Below are positions 38,756 through 48,691 of a stretch of DNA of 64,000 nucleotides, one piece after another. The stretch's first letter is position 1, and every line of letters begins with the position of its first letter. The notes beneath the pieces are model-generated. The model ran no database searches and was not told the origin of the DNA. It saw nothing but the letters and a program-made list of their open reading frames with translations. The translations under genes were made by a program, and so were the position numbers. The DNA comes from Anaerohalosphaeraceae bacterium (lineage in GTDB: Bacteria; Planctomycetota; Phycisphaerae; Sedimentisphaerales; Anaerohalosphaeraceae), in assembly GCA_963675525.2 (NCBI GenBank), contig CAXXSL010000013.1:480001-544000 (forward strand), read 5' to 3'.

Positions 38756-41700
38756 ATGGCATTAGCTGATTTTAACAAATTCCTTGTCGGGCTCTTCGGT
38801 TCGCGGAATGAACGCGTCGTTAAGGCATACATGCAAATCGCCCTGGCGGCCGGTGAGTATGAGGAACAGGTCAAATCGTTCAGCGATGACGCTCTGAGAA
38901 CCAAAACCGTTGAGTTCAAACAAGCTCTTCAGAGCGGCCGCAACGCCGAAGAGATCCTGCCGGAAGCATTTGCCGTGGTTCGTGAAGCGGCTCGCCGTAA
39001 TCTGAATATGCGCCATTACGATGTACAGTTAGTCGGCGGTAATGTACTCTATGAAGGAAAGATCGCGGAGATGGCAACCGGTGAGGGAAAAACACTGGTC
39101 GCCACACTGGCCGCTTATCTGGTCTATTTGACCGGCCGTAAGACCCATCTTGTCACGGTCAACGATTACCTGGCCAAACGTGACGCCGAGTGGATGAGCC
39201 CGGTTTACAATGCACTGGGTATGACGTGCGGGGCGATCCAGGCGGATATGGATACTCGCGGCGACGAACGCAAACAACAATATGCCTGCGATATTACCTA
39301 CGGCACGAATAACGAGTTCGGTTTCGACTATCTGCGTGACAATATGAAGACCTCCCTGGAGCACATGGCACAGGGGCCGCTGGAGTTTGCACTCATCGAC
39401 GAAGTGGACTCCATCCTGATCGATGAAGCCCGGACACCGTTGATCATTTCCGGTCCGGCGCAGGATGATGTGACACGGTATAAAAAAGCCGACAACGTCG
39501 CACGCCAGTTGATGTCACTGCAAGCCTCTTACAGTCAACTTCAAAAAGCGATCGATGCGGCCGAGCGAACCGTCGCCAATGCACAGGGCGAGTTGTCCGA
39601 AGGTAAAAAGGCTAAAGACGAAAGCCGCATGAAAAAAGCCCAGAAAGTCATCGATGAAACACAGGCACAAATGGAAGCCGACCAGGCCCGGCTCGAAACC
39701 ATGACACAGTATTACGAGGTCGAGGAAGATCGCAAGGCTGTTCATTTGACGCATGACGGCATCGGAGCCGCCCAGGAGATCGCCGGGGTCGGGTCATTCT
39801 TTACCGGCTCCAATATGGAGTGGCCGCACATGCTCGAACAGGGCTTGCGGGCGCATGTCACCTACGAACGCGAAAAAGATTATGTCGTCATGGAAGGCAA
39901 GGTCATTATCGTCGATGAATTCACGGGCCGTCTGATGCACGGACGCCAGTGGTCGGATGGACTGCACCAAGCCGTCGAGGCCAAGGAAAATGTGCAGGTC
40001 AAGGAAGAAACACAGACGCTGGCAACCATCACGCTGCAAAACTTCTTCAAACTCTATGGCCAGATCGCCGGCATGACCGGCACCGCTGTGACCGAAGCGT
40101 CGGAGTTCATGAATATTTATAAGCTGGAAGTCGTGGTCATTCCGACCAACCGGCCGTGTGTTCGCGACGACCGCGAGGACCTGATCTATAAAAGCATGGC
40201 GGAAAAATTCAACGCCGTCGTTGATGACATCCATGAACAATGTACCGCCGGGCGTCCGGTTCTGGTCGGCACGGTCAGCATTGAGAAAAGCGAAGCCCTT
40301 TCGACGGCATTAACCAAACGTTACGGTGTCGAACATGAAGTCTTGAACGCCAAACAGCATGCGCGCGAAGCCGTGATCGTCGAAAAAGCGGGACATCAAC
40401 ACACCGCCCGTGACGGCTCTGTGCGGGGCAACGTAACCATCGCCACCAACATGGCTGGACGCGGCACCGACATCAAGCTGGGCAAGGGCGTTGTCGAACT
40501 GGGCGGCCTGCATATCCTCGGCACCGAACGCCACGAATCCCGGCGTATCGACAATCAGCTTCGCGGCCGTGCGGGCCGACAGGGAGACCCGGGCTCCAGT
40601 GTCTTTTTCCTGTCATTTGATGACGACCTGATGCGGATCTTCGCCCCGGAAGCCACGGTTAAACTGCTTTCCTTTATCGGCTGGGAAGAAGGGATGCCGA
40701 TCCAGCATGGACGCATCAGCAAAGGCATTGAAAAAGCACAGAAAAAAGTCGAAGAACGCAACTTCGAAGCCCGCAAAAGCCTGCTTGAGTACGACGAGGT
40801 GATGGACTTCCAGCGAAAATATTTCTATTCCAGCCGGCGTAAGATCATCGAGGGCCGCGGGCTGAAAAAAAACATTCAGCAAATGATCGCCGACATGATC
40901 GACGGGGCCTGCAAGAATATTCTGGCCGCCGATTATGCCGCCCGCTGCATCGCTGAATGGGCGCGCAGTGAATTTGATGTGGAACTGGAACCGAATCGGC
41001 TGTCCAATATGGAAATCGACCAGATCGAAGAATCGGTTAAGGAACGGGCCACAAAGAACGTCGCCAATGAAATCTCCGTCTCGCTGGGAGAGTACCTCGA
41101 AGACTATGCGGATCCGAAGACATGGAAGATCGATGCCCTGTGCAAATGGGCGATGAGCGCGTTCAGCGTATCGCTGTCGGCAAGTAAACTGAGGAACATG
41201 TCCGCTGACGAGATCGAACAGACGCTGGCGGATGCCGCCGCCGAACAGGTAAAAAAGAAGGATACCTCGCGGCTGGCGGAATTCCTCAAAGACGATTACG
41301 CCATCAAATCCTTTGCAACGTGGATGCAGAATAAATTCGACCTGAAACTGAATGTCGAAGAATTAAAAGACCTGAAAACCGAACAAATCCGTCAAAAACT
41401 GTACGATGACGTTGCCGAAAAATACAGTCGCCGTGAGATCGAATATCCCGTGGAATTTGCAATGAACATGGTATTCGGCAATCAGGGCACCAATGTTTAC
41501 GGCTTTGACGCACTGGCCCGGTGGGCCCACAGGAAATACGAAGCAACGCTGACCGTTGAACAGCTTCAGGACACCTCGCCGCGTGACATCCACAGGCAAC
41601 TGCTGGAACTGAGTGAATCCTGGAATGAGAATCGACTGGCCGAGACTGTCCAGCACCGCATCGATGATGGCCTCTCGCCGCAGGAATTGGCAGCCTGGGG

Positions 41701-42247
41701 CAGCGAGCGGTTCGACGCACATCTTGACGTTGAGCAACTCAACGACCCCCAGAAAGCAAAGGAACTTCTCGTGAATGCCGGCCGGGACTTTCTTCGACAG
41801 GAATTGACCGACCTGGAACGCTACGTTCTCCTGCAGATCTATGACAGCGCCTGGAAAGATCATCTGTACGCGATGGACCACCTCAAGGAAAGCATCATGC
41901 TCCGGGCCTATGCCGAGAAGGACCCGAAGATCGAATACAAGCATGAAGGTCACCGCATGTTCAATGAAATGCTCGAAAGCATTGAGGATCGTGTCACGAA
42001 TATTGTTTTCCGCGTGCGTCTGGAAGCCGGTCAGCGCAGCCGCAGTGTCTATAACGTCAGCCAGGCCAAACACGATGAGGTTAATCAATTCGAAGTAACC
42101 CAGCGCCAACGGGCCGCAGCGACGGCCCCGCAAGGGGAACGAAAAGTCAAAACCATCAAGCATGAAGAGCCGAAAGTCGGCCGCAATGACCCCTGCCCAT
42201 GCGGCAGCGGCAAGAAATACAAAAAATGCTGCGGCAAGAACATGTGA
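38756..42247 (+). CDS. secA: Preprotein translocase subunit SecA (long form)
   Basis: EMATGEGKT, VTVNDYLA, DEVDSILIDEARTPLIISG, ATNMAGRGTDI, ERHESRRIDNQLRGRAGRQGDPG and C-terminal SEC-C GRNDPCPCGSGKKYKKCC. Confidence 0.97.
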   Translation: MALADFNKFLVGLFGSRNERVVKAYMQIALAAGEYEEQVKSFSDDALRTKTVEFKQALQSGRNAEEILPEAFAVVREAARRNLNMRHYDVQLVGGNVLYEGKIAEMATGEGKTLVATLAAYLVYLTGRKTHLVTVNDYLAKRDAEWMSPVYNALGMTCGAIQADMDTRGDERKQQYACDITYGTNNEFGFDYLRDNMKTSLEHMAQGPLEFALIDEVDSILIDEARTPLIISGPAQDDVTRYKKADNVARQLMSLQASYSQLQKAIDAAERTVANAQGELSEGKKAKDESRMKKAQKVIDETQAQMEADQARLETMTQYYEVEEDRKAVHLTHDGIGAAQEIAGVGSFFTGSNMEWPHMLEQGLRAHVTYEREKDYVVMEGKVIIVDEFTGRLMHGRQWSDGLHQAVEAKENVQVKEETQTLATITLQNFFKLYGQIAGMTGTAVTEASEFMNIYKLEVVVIPTNRPCVRDDREDLIYKSMAEKFNAVVDDIHEQCTAGRPVLVGTVSIEKSEALSTALTKRYGVEHEVLNAKQHAREAVIVEKAGHQHTARDGSVRGNVTIATNMAGRGTDIKLGKGVVELGGLHILGTERHESRRIDNQLRGRAGRQGDPGSSVFFLSFDDDLMRIFAPEATVKLLSFIGWEEGMPIQHGRISKGIEKAQKKVEERNFEARKSLLEYDEVMDFQRKYFYSSRRKIIEGRGLKKNIQQMIADMIDGACKNILAADYAARCIAEWARSEFDVELEPNRLSNMEIDQIEESVKERATKNVANEISVSLGEYLEDYADPKTWKIDALCKWAMSAFSVSLSASKLRNMSADEIEQTLADAAAEQVKKKDTSRLAEFLKDDYAIKSFATWMQNKFDLKLNVEELKDLKTEQIRQKLYDDVAEKYSRREIEYPVEFAMNMVFGNQGTNVYGFDALARWAHRKYEATLTVEQLQDTSPRDIHRQLLELSESWNENRLAETVQHRIDDGLSPQELAAWGSERFDAHLDVEQLNDPQKAKELLVNAGRDFLRQELTDLERYVLLQIYDSAWKDHLYAMDHLKESIMLRAYAEKDPKIEYKHEGHRMFNEMLESIEDRVTNIVFRVRLEAGQRSRSVYNVSQAKHDEVNQFEVTQRQRAAATAPQGERKVKTIKHEEPKVGRNDPCPCGSGKKYKKCCGKNM

Positions 42248-42297
42248 TGTTCGATCCGCAGCATGTATTGATCACCTGTGACTTTTCCTGTTGAGGA

Positions 42298-42693
42298 TTA
42301 TTCCCAATCACCGTTGGCCTGAAGTGTCTTGCTGCCGGTGGGCGCGTTCGACTGACTTCCCGTTACAGTAATCGTGGCGAATCCATCGGAATTAACACTG
42401 TCGATATTGTAATCGGATGCGACAAAGTACGTGCCGGTCAGATCGCCGGTTCTGATCTCTAAAAGATTCATCAGCGAACCACCAGACAGGGAACCGGTAA
42501 TGGAATTCCCTGTTTGTGCATAATAGACTTTTACGGCGTTTCGGATCATGCCCGCTGCGCCATTGGCTTCGGCCCATTTGGCACTGTCGACCCTGGCCCG
42601 AAACAAAGGAATAGCCGCCGCAGCCAGTATCCCGACGATCAATATGACGACCATTAACTCAATCAATGTAAAAGCACGTCGCATATTCGCCAT
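42298..42693 (-). CDS. Type IV pilin-like protein (prepilin N-terminal cleavage/methylation domain)
   Basis: RRAFTLIELMVVILIVGILAAAAIP. Confidence 0.85.
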   Translation of the reverse strand: MANMRRAFTLIELMVVILIVGILAAAAIPLFRARVDSAKWAEANGAAGMIRNAVKVYYAQTGNSITGSLSGGSLMNLLEIRTGDLTGTYFVASDYNIDSVNSDGFATITVTGSQSNAPTGSKTLQANGDWE

Positions 42694-42725
42694 CTTAATC
42701 TCTTTTAATTTCAACATCAATAATC

Positions 42726-43124
42726 TTACTTCCAGTCGCCATTCGCCTGAAGTGTCATGCTGCCGGCGGGCGCATTCGGCAGGCTTCCCGTTACGGTGAT
42801 CGTGGCAATCCCATCGGCATTAACGCTGTCGATAGTGTAATCAGAAGCGACAAAGCAGGTGCCTGTCAGACCCCCGGGATTGATGCCTAACGTATCCAGG
42901 ATGGGAAAATTGGCCAGACTGCCTGTAAGCACAACCCCTGATTCCGCATAGTACATCTTGACGGCACTTCGGATCATTCCGGCCGCTGCATTGGCTTCGG
43001 TCCATTTAGCCCTCTCAACCTTTCCCCGTATAATGGGCATTATCGCCGCAGCAAGGACGCTGATAATCAAAATAACAATCAGCAATTCCATTAAAGAAAA
43101 AGCTTTTTGCTGTGCCGGCTTCAT
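42726..43124 (-). CDS. Type IV pilin-like protein, tandem paralog
   Basis: QKAFSLMELLIVILIISVLAAAIMP; collinear with the downstream pilin; RBS AGGAG. Confidence 0.85.
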   Translation of the reverse strand: MKPAQQKAFSLMELLIVILIISVLAAAIMPIIRGKVERAKWTEANAAAGMIRSAVKMYYAESGVVLTGSLANFPILDTLGINPGGLTGTCFVASDYTIDSVNADGIATITVTGSLPNAPAGSMTLQANGDWK

Positions 43125-43304
43125 CCGTAGCTCCTGAAACATCACTTTTTAATAAAAACACACCTGATCAATATATCGGGGGGAAAAAACTCACACTTAA
43201 CGGAAATGAAGCATTTCTTGATTTTCGCAGAATGATCTTGCTTGCTGACACTTAAAAATTGACTCTTTTATCGGACACTGCATAAGGTCGATGTAATTTC
43301 TGCT

Positions 43305-44195
43305 TTAAGAAGGCATCAAAAACGTCATCCCAACACTCAGTCCGTTAAAGAGAATATGCATCAGTATGGGACGAAACAGCGATCCGCTCCGTTCGTAGGC
43401 ATACCCCAGTCCACAGGACAAAATGAAAAGCGACGGCATATGGGTCCAGTTTGGATAGTGGATGACCGCAAATAATGCAGAATTGATCACAATCGACAAC
43501 CAGGCATTTCCAGTCAGTGAGCGAAGAATGGTCTGAAAAAAACCGCGAAACAGCATCTCTTCAAAGATCGGTACCAGGAACACGGCAAAAAACACAATAA
43601 GCAGTTTTAAATAAGAGTCATCTGTCTCCGATAGAAAGGTCAGGCTTTCGTGAGTTTGAAGATTAAACCCTTCCCCCGAAAAAATTCGGCCAAGTAACAT
43701 CACGCCCCACAAGGCCAGCAGGATCAGTGGGTAAACCGCCGTTAAATAAATGACCGCAAATCCGGCATCTTTTCCGATCGTTTGGACATTCAACCCAAAC
43801 CCTTTCAGCCGGCGGGCAAATGTACGATGGGCAACCACCAACATCACAATGATCAGCCAGATTCTCAAGATCGTCATGCCCACATATGTCGCGGTATCCA
43901 AAGAAGTGATCCAAAAACCATAAAATACAACCCTGATCCACTCAACAACAACATATTCCAGCGTCAGCCAGAGACTGAATATCAGCATCGGCAGAAACAC
44001 AAACATCCGGTTGCGCCGGACAGGGGCATGGCGTAATGAGCTGAATCCGCCGTACCAGAATAGCCAGATGGTCAGAACCGACAGCCCGATGGTCGAAACC
44101 AAAACAGCAGAAGTATCCCAGAACGGCACCGGGGACGAGGAAACGGCCGCTTCGGCCCCAACAGTCTCGGTTTGAGCAATCAGTGTCAATAACAT
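43305..44195 (-). CDS. CPBP (CAAX/Abi) family intramembrane metalloprotease
   Basis: PIFEEMLFRG, FAVIH and MHILFN. Confidence 0.88.
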   Translation of the reverse strand: MLLTLIAQTETVGAEAAVSSSPVPFWDTSAVLVSTIGLSVLTIWLFWYGGFSSLRHAPVRRNRMFVFLPMLIFSLWLTLEYVVVEWIRVVFYGFWITSLDTATYVGMTILRIWLIIVMLVVAHRTFARRLKGFGLNVQTIGKDAGFAVIYLTAVYPLILLALWGVMLLGRIFSGEGFNLQTHESLTFLSETDDSYLKLLIVFFAVFLVPIFEEMLFRGFFQTILRSLTGNAWLSIVINSALFAVIHYPNWTHMPSLFILSCGLGYAYERSGSLFRPILMHILFNGLSVGMTFLMPS

Positions 44196-44278
44196 CCATA
44201 TGCTTTCGGAAACGTACCTTGCCTTTTCAATTTAACCATGTTATAGTACATCGGTCATTTTTTTGCAAGGAATCGCTC

Positions 44279-45549
44279 ATGGACATTTTTGAAATTGACG
44301 GACCTGTTCGGCTTTCCGGCCGGATCGATGTGGCCGGCTCAAAAACGCCGCCCTGCCGATCCTGGCGGCCACCCTGCTGGCTCCCGGCACCTCAGTCATT
44401 CCCAACGCTCCGGACCTGGCGGATATTCGCTCGATGGAAACGCTGATCGAAAGCCTCGGGGCCAAAGTATGGCGCCATGACAACGACGCTCTTCATATCG
44501 ACGCAACGGTGATTGACAACCCGGTCGGCGACTACGAGATCGTACGTAAAATGCGTGCCGGCATCTGCATTCTGGGTCCCCTGCTGGCCCGCTGCGGCAA
44601 GGTCAAAATCTCCATGCCGGGCGGCTGCGCGATCGGCGACCGACCGATTGATATTCATCTTCGCGGCATCAAGGCGCTTGGCGCCAAAATCCATCTGGAA
44701 AGCGGCTATATCGTCGCCGAAGCGCCCGCGGGCGGACTGGTTGCCACACAAATCTTTCTCGGCGGGCCGTTCGGTTCAACCGTTCTCGGTACGGACAATG
44801 TCATGATGGCCGCAGCGCTGGCCAAAGGCACAACCATCATCGAATCGGCCGCCTGTGAGCCGGAAGTCGCGGATTTGGCCAACTGCCTCAACGCCATGGG
44901 GGCCAAAATCAGCGGCATCGGCTCGCCCCGGCTGACCATCGAAGGCGTCAAAGAGTTGAAACCGATTACCTACCCGGTCATCGGCGACCGCATCGAAGCG
45001 GGAACCTTTATGGTCGCCGCCGCGATCACGAAAGGACATCTGACCATCAACAACTGTAATCTCGACCACATGCTCGCCGTCACCGACCGGTTTCGGCAGA
45101 TCGGCGTACAGGTGGAAAAAACCGAAAACGGCTGCGAAGTCGCATTGGACGGGCCCATTCACCCCGCCGATATTACGACCCAGCCGTATCCCGGATTCCC
45201 AACCGACCTGCAAGCGCAATTTATGGCGCTTTTGGCATTGGGAGAAGGCAACAGCGTGATCACCGAAAAAATTTACCCCGACCGGTTCATGCATGTCGCG
45301 GAGATGAATCGTATGGCCGCCAATTTGCGGAAGGAAGGCCCCAGTGTCATCGTCGCCGGTGTGGATAAACTCATCGCCGCTCCCGTGATGGCATCGGATT
45401 TGAGGGCGTCAGCCGCTTTAGTTCTGGCGGGTATGGCCGCAGAAGGAAAAACCGTCGTACAGCGCGTCTATCACATCGACCGAGGCTACCACCGCATCGA
45501 AGAACGCCTCAACGCCGTCGGCGCAAAAATCCAACGCAAGAATATTTGA
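44279..45549 (+). CDS. murA: UDP-N-acetylglucosamine 1-carboxyvinyltransferase; frameshift in the A-run at 44341-44345
   Basis: MDIFEIDGPVRLSGRIDVAGSK then NAALPILAA in the next frame; KMRA, PGGCAIGDRPIDIH, DRIEAGTF, PYPGFPTDLQ, DLRASA and HIDRGY. Confidence 0.93.
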
Positions 45550-45564
45550 AGCGCTCTGAAAATT

Positions 45565-45624
45565 GTCATTCCGAACAAACGTGAGGAATCTATTTAAATA
45601 GCTATCGCCGAAGGTGATTCCGCA
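45565..45624 (+). repeat. GTCATTCCG..GAGGAATCT palindromic repeat plus adjacent hairpin
   Basis: The reverse complement of 45586-45624 nearly matches 14359-14400 (tgcggaatc..ggcg(g)atagctatttaaatagattc). Confidence 0.7.
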
Positions 45625-45632
45625 ACTAAGAA

Positions 45633-46607
45633 CTAATCATTATCCAATACACGATTACGATACAGCCGTGTTTCGAGCGAGCGCTGGTAGCTGGTCCAGT
45701 TGCCGCCGTCACCAAGGTCATTTTCGATCAGCGTTTCGGTTTGGTTCATTTTCGCATCGAGGTTGTCAATATAATTAACCATAAACGCTTCCGGGGTAGC
45801 AGGCAGTTTCGGTGAACCGTAATCATACTGGCCGTGATGGCTGACGATAATATGCAGCAGGCTGTCGAGAATCTCCGGGTTCACCGGCTCCCCGTCGGCT
45901 TTCAGATCATCGGCCTTCTGGGTGATCATCTGCGTACCCTGAATGATATGCCCCAGCAACTGGCCGCGGTCGGTATAGCCAAATCCGATCTTGTACGACA
46001 ACTCCTGCGTCTTGGCAATGTCATGCAGGAAGATCGCCGCCAGCACCAAATCCTTCTGTATCTTCGGGTATAACGGAAACAATACTTGCGCCACCGTCGC
46101 CATACTCAGGGTATGCTCCAGCAGACCGCCCAGATAATTATGGTGCATCTGCATCGCCGCCGGGGCAATGCAGAATTGTTTCATCAGCTCGGTGTCATTG
46201 AAAAATGACTGTGTCAGGTTTTTCAGATCACTGTTGCTGATCGTTCCGATGATGGCTTTGAACTGCTCGAACATCTCGCTGATATTCTTATCCGTTCGCG
46301 GCATATAATCCATCAGGCTGACTTGGTCCGGCGGTACAACCTGCACATCATTGACAACGATCTGCATACTGCCCTGGTACAGTTCGCTCTTGCCGCGGAT
46401 CGCCACAAACCCCTCGCTCGGAATCGACTGGTAGAGCTGCTCCGTCGCCTGCCAGATGCGGCTGTTGACCTTGCCGGTCTTGTCCGACAAAAACATCGCG
46501 ATATACAGATCGCCCCGGGTTGTGTTCCGCAGCACCGGCTGGGTGACCATGTAGGTATCCTGAATCTGCTGGCCGGGCTGAATTTCTTTCACATATAAAT
46601 GCGCCAT
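45633..46607 (-). CDS. yhaM: 3'-5' exoribonuclease YhaM family (OB fold plus HD domain)
   Basis: LSDKTG, APAA..MHHNYLGGLLEH, FLHDIAK, GQLLGHI, IVSHHG and IDNLDAK. Confidence 0.88.
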   Translation of the reverse strand: MAHLYVKEIQPGQQIQDTYMVTQPVLRNTTRGDLYIAMFLSDKTGKVNSRIWQATEQLYQSIPSEGFVAIRGKSELYQGSMQIVVNDVQVVPPDQVSLMDYMPRTDKNISEMFEQFKAIIGTISNSDLKNLTQSFFNDTELMKQFCIAPAAMQMHHNYLGGLLEHTLSMATVAQVLFPLYPKIQKDLVLAAIFLHDIAKTQELSYKIGFGYTDRGQLLGHIIQGTQMITQKADDLKADGEPVNPEILDSLLHIIVSHHGQYDYGSPKLPATPEAFMVNYIDNLDAKMNQTETLIENDLGDGGNWTSYQRSLETRLYRNRVLDND

Positions 46608-46705
46608 AATTATCCTTTTTTGAAATCATATTACCATTCTTGACAGGGTGGCAGCCTTTTGGCCGAAGGACCAAAGGGATGGGCTGTTACCCCTAATCAT
46701 CCTGT

Positions 46706-47852
46706 TTACAAGCAAAGTTTCAGAATTTCGCCCACCTGCTCGGCCCGAATATTCTGATGTTCGCCTACACAGGTTTTTCGTTCGGCGAATCGGTTGACGA
46801 CCTTTTGAATATCCTGCTCGGAAATACCATAATCACTCAGTTTTGTCGGCATGTCCACCGAATGGAAAAACGCCACGGTCTTTTCAATCGCCGCCTTGGC
46901 CTGACTGTCTTCGTCACCGTCCGTCACATGCCACACGCGCCGGGCCAGTTGGGCCAGTTTGCCCTTTTTGTTTTCATACTGGTGCTGCCACATCCCCGGC
47001 AATACGATCGCCACGTTTCGGCATGGGCCGGCCCGAAAAAGGCGGTGATTTCATGCCCAATCATATGGGTCGCCCAATCCTGGATCACGCCGCAGTTAAT
47101 CAGCCCGTTCAGTGCGTTTGTGGCCGCCCACATAAAGTCGGCTCGGCTGTCATAGTCTTTTTTGCCCAGCACATCCGGCGCGATTTCGATAAGTGTCCGG
47201 ATGACCGCTTCGGCTTGCCGGTCCTGCAGGCGACTGCCGACATCATACGTGGCATACTGCTCCATCACATGCACAAACGCATCGACTAGTCCATTGCGAA
47301 GCTGCTTTTTCGGCAGTGAGTACGTTGTCTCCGGGTCGAGGATGGAAAAACCCGGGAAGACACGCGGGTCGCCAAACGCCAGCTTCTCCTGCGTGCTTTT
47401 TTGCGAAATCACCGAAAAGCAGTTCATCTCCGATCCCGTAGCCGGCAAAGTCAGCACATCGCCCAACGGAATCGCATCCGTTACCGGCGCGGATTTGGAC
47501 AGAACATCCCACGGATCGCCGTTGAATTTGGCCGCCGCGGCGATAAACTTCGTCCCGTCCAGTACCGAGCCGCCACCGACACTAAGCAGAAAGTCCACCT
47601 TTTCAGCTTCGCCAACGCGACCGCCTGCATACAGGTTTCATAGGTCGGATTCGGCTCAATACCACCAAATTCAACCACTGTATGTTTTTTCAGGGCCGCG
47701 GTCACCTGCTCATAGACCCCGTTTTTCTTGATGGAACCCCCGCCATATGTAATGAGGACTTTTTTATCCGATTCGATCAGCTCACCCAGTTTGGCAATTG
47801 TCCCCTTGCCAAAAACAACCCGCACCGGATTTTGATAGTCAAAATTATTCAT
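46706..47852 (-). CDS. yqhD: Iron-containing NADPH-dependent alcohol/aldehyde dehydrogenase (YqhD/BdhA type); two apparent frameshifts (about 47610 and 47014)
   Basis: Three overlapping ORFs carry YGGGSIKKNG, GIEPNP, VGGGSVLDGTK, TLPATGSEMN, DAFVHVMEQY and DWATHMIGHE. Confidence 0.85.
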
Positions 47853-47954
47853 TTTTTACACTCCCGATAACCGATTTTTAAGGAAATTGTAACATTTCCT
47901 GTCTTAGGGCGTTATTATAGTAGAAGTCCCGAAAAAGTGAAAGGAAAACCCCAA

Positions 47955-48461
47955 ATGCTGCCAAAATATGAACATACACAAAAAGGAAGCCGGCTTATCC
48001 GTTACATCGCAATTTTCACGATTCTCGAATTACTCGCAATAGAGGTACTCATATTTATTCTCTTCGGGACTGGCGGTCAGAACCCTCTCCCCCAAAATCA
48101 ACTCATCCTTATCATGCTGCTGATACCGCTTGTCCACGGTATCACTTTGGGATGGGCCGGTTTAATGATGTCATCGCTGACCGTATCCATCAATGATGAA
48201 CTGATTCGTCTAAAATTCGGCCCGGGAATGTGGAAGAAGACAATTTCGCTGGATGGCATTGTCGAATGCAAGCCCGTCAAAAATACCTGGTTCAACGGCT
48301 GGGGAATCCGTTACCTCGAAAAAGGCTGCCGGTTGTACAACATCGCCGGTCTTGATGCGGTTGAAATCACTCTCGAAAACGGCAAACGGGTACGCATCGG
48401 CACCGACGAACCGGAAAAACTCGCTGAAGCCATCCGGCAGGTGATAGGCGAAGCCGCCTAA
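47955..48461 (+). CDS. Hypothetical membrane protein (2 TM plus bacterial PH-like domain)
   Basis: GWGIRY...YNIAGLDAVEI...RIGTDEPEKL motif; RBS AAGGA. Confidence 0.75.
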   Translation: MLPKYEHTQKGSRLIRYIAIFTILELLAIEVLIFILFGTGGQNPLPQNQLILIMLLIPLVHGITLGWAGLMMSSLTVSINDELIRLKFGPGMWKKTISLDGIVECKPVKNTWFNGWGIRYLEKGCRLYNIAGLDAVEITLENGKRVRIGTDEPEKLAEAIRQVIGEAA

Positions 48462-48691
48462 AACAGCAGTTTGATCGCCGCCCCGGTTGCCAGCAGCAGT
48501 ACAATATTAAATATTCACCGGGGCAAAACAAGAAAGTCTGTCTGAATTCTTGAATTTCAAAACATACCTGATATCCTGTTTAGAAAAGGAACTCAGTGGC
48601 CTCGCGAAGCAAGGATATACCGTGTTGTTAGGAAAATTTCTGATATCATAATAGCGACCCAAATATAGAATTAATTTTCGAGCGGGATAAA

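Noticed and set aside
44341..44345. Programmed frameshift or true pseudogene in murA
   Set aside because: One base is missing from a homopolymer, the protein is otherwise intact, and similar indels occur in four other genes; assembly error is more parsimonious.
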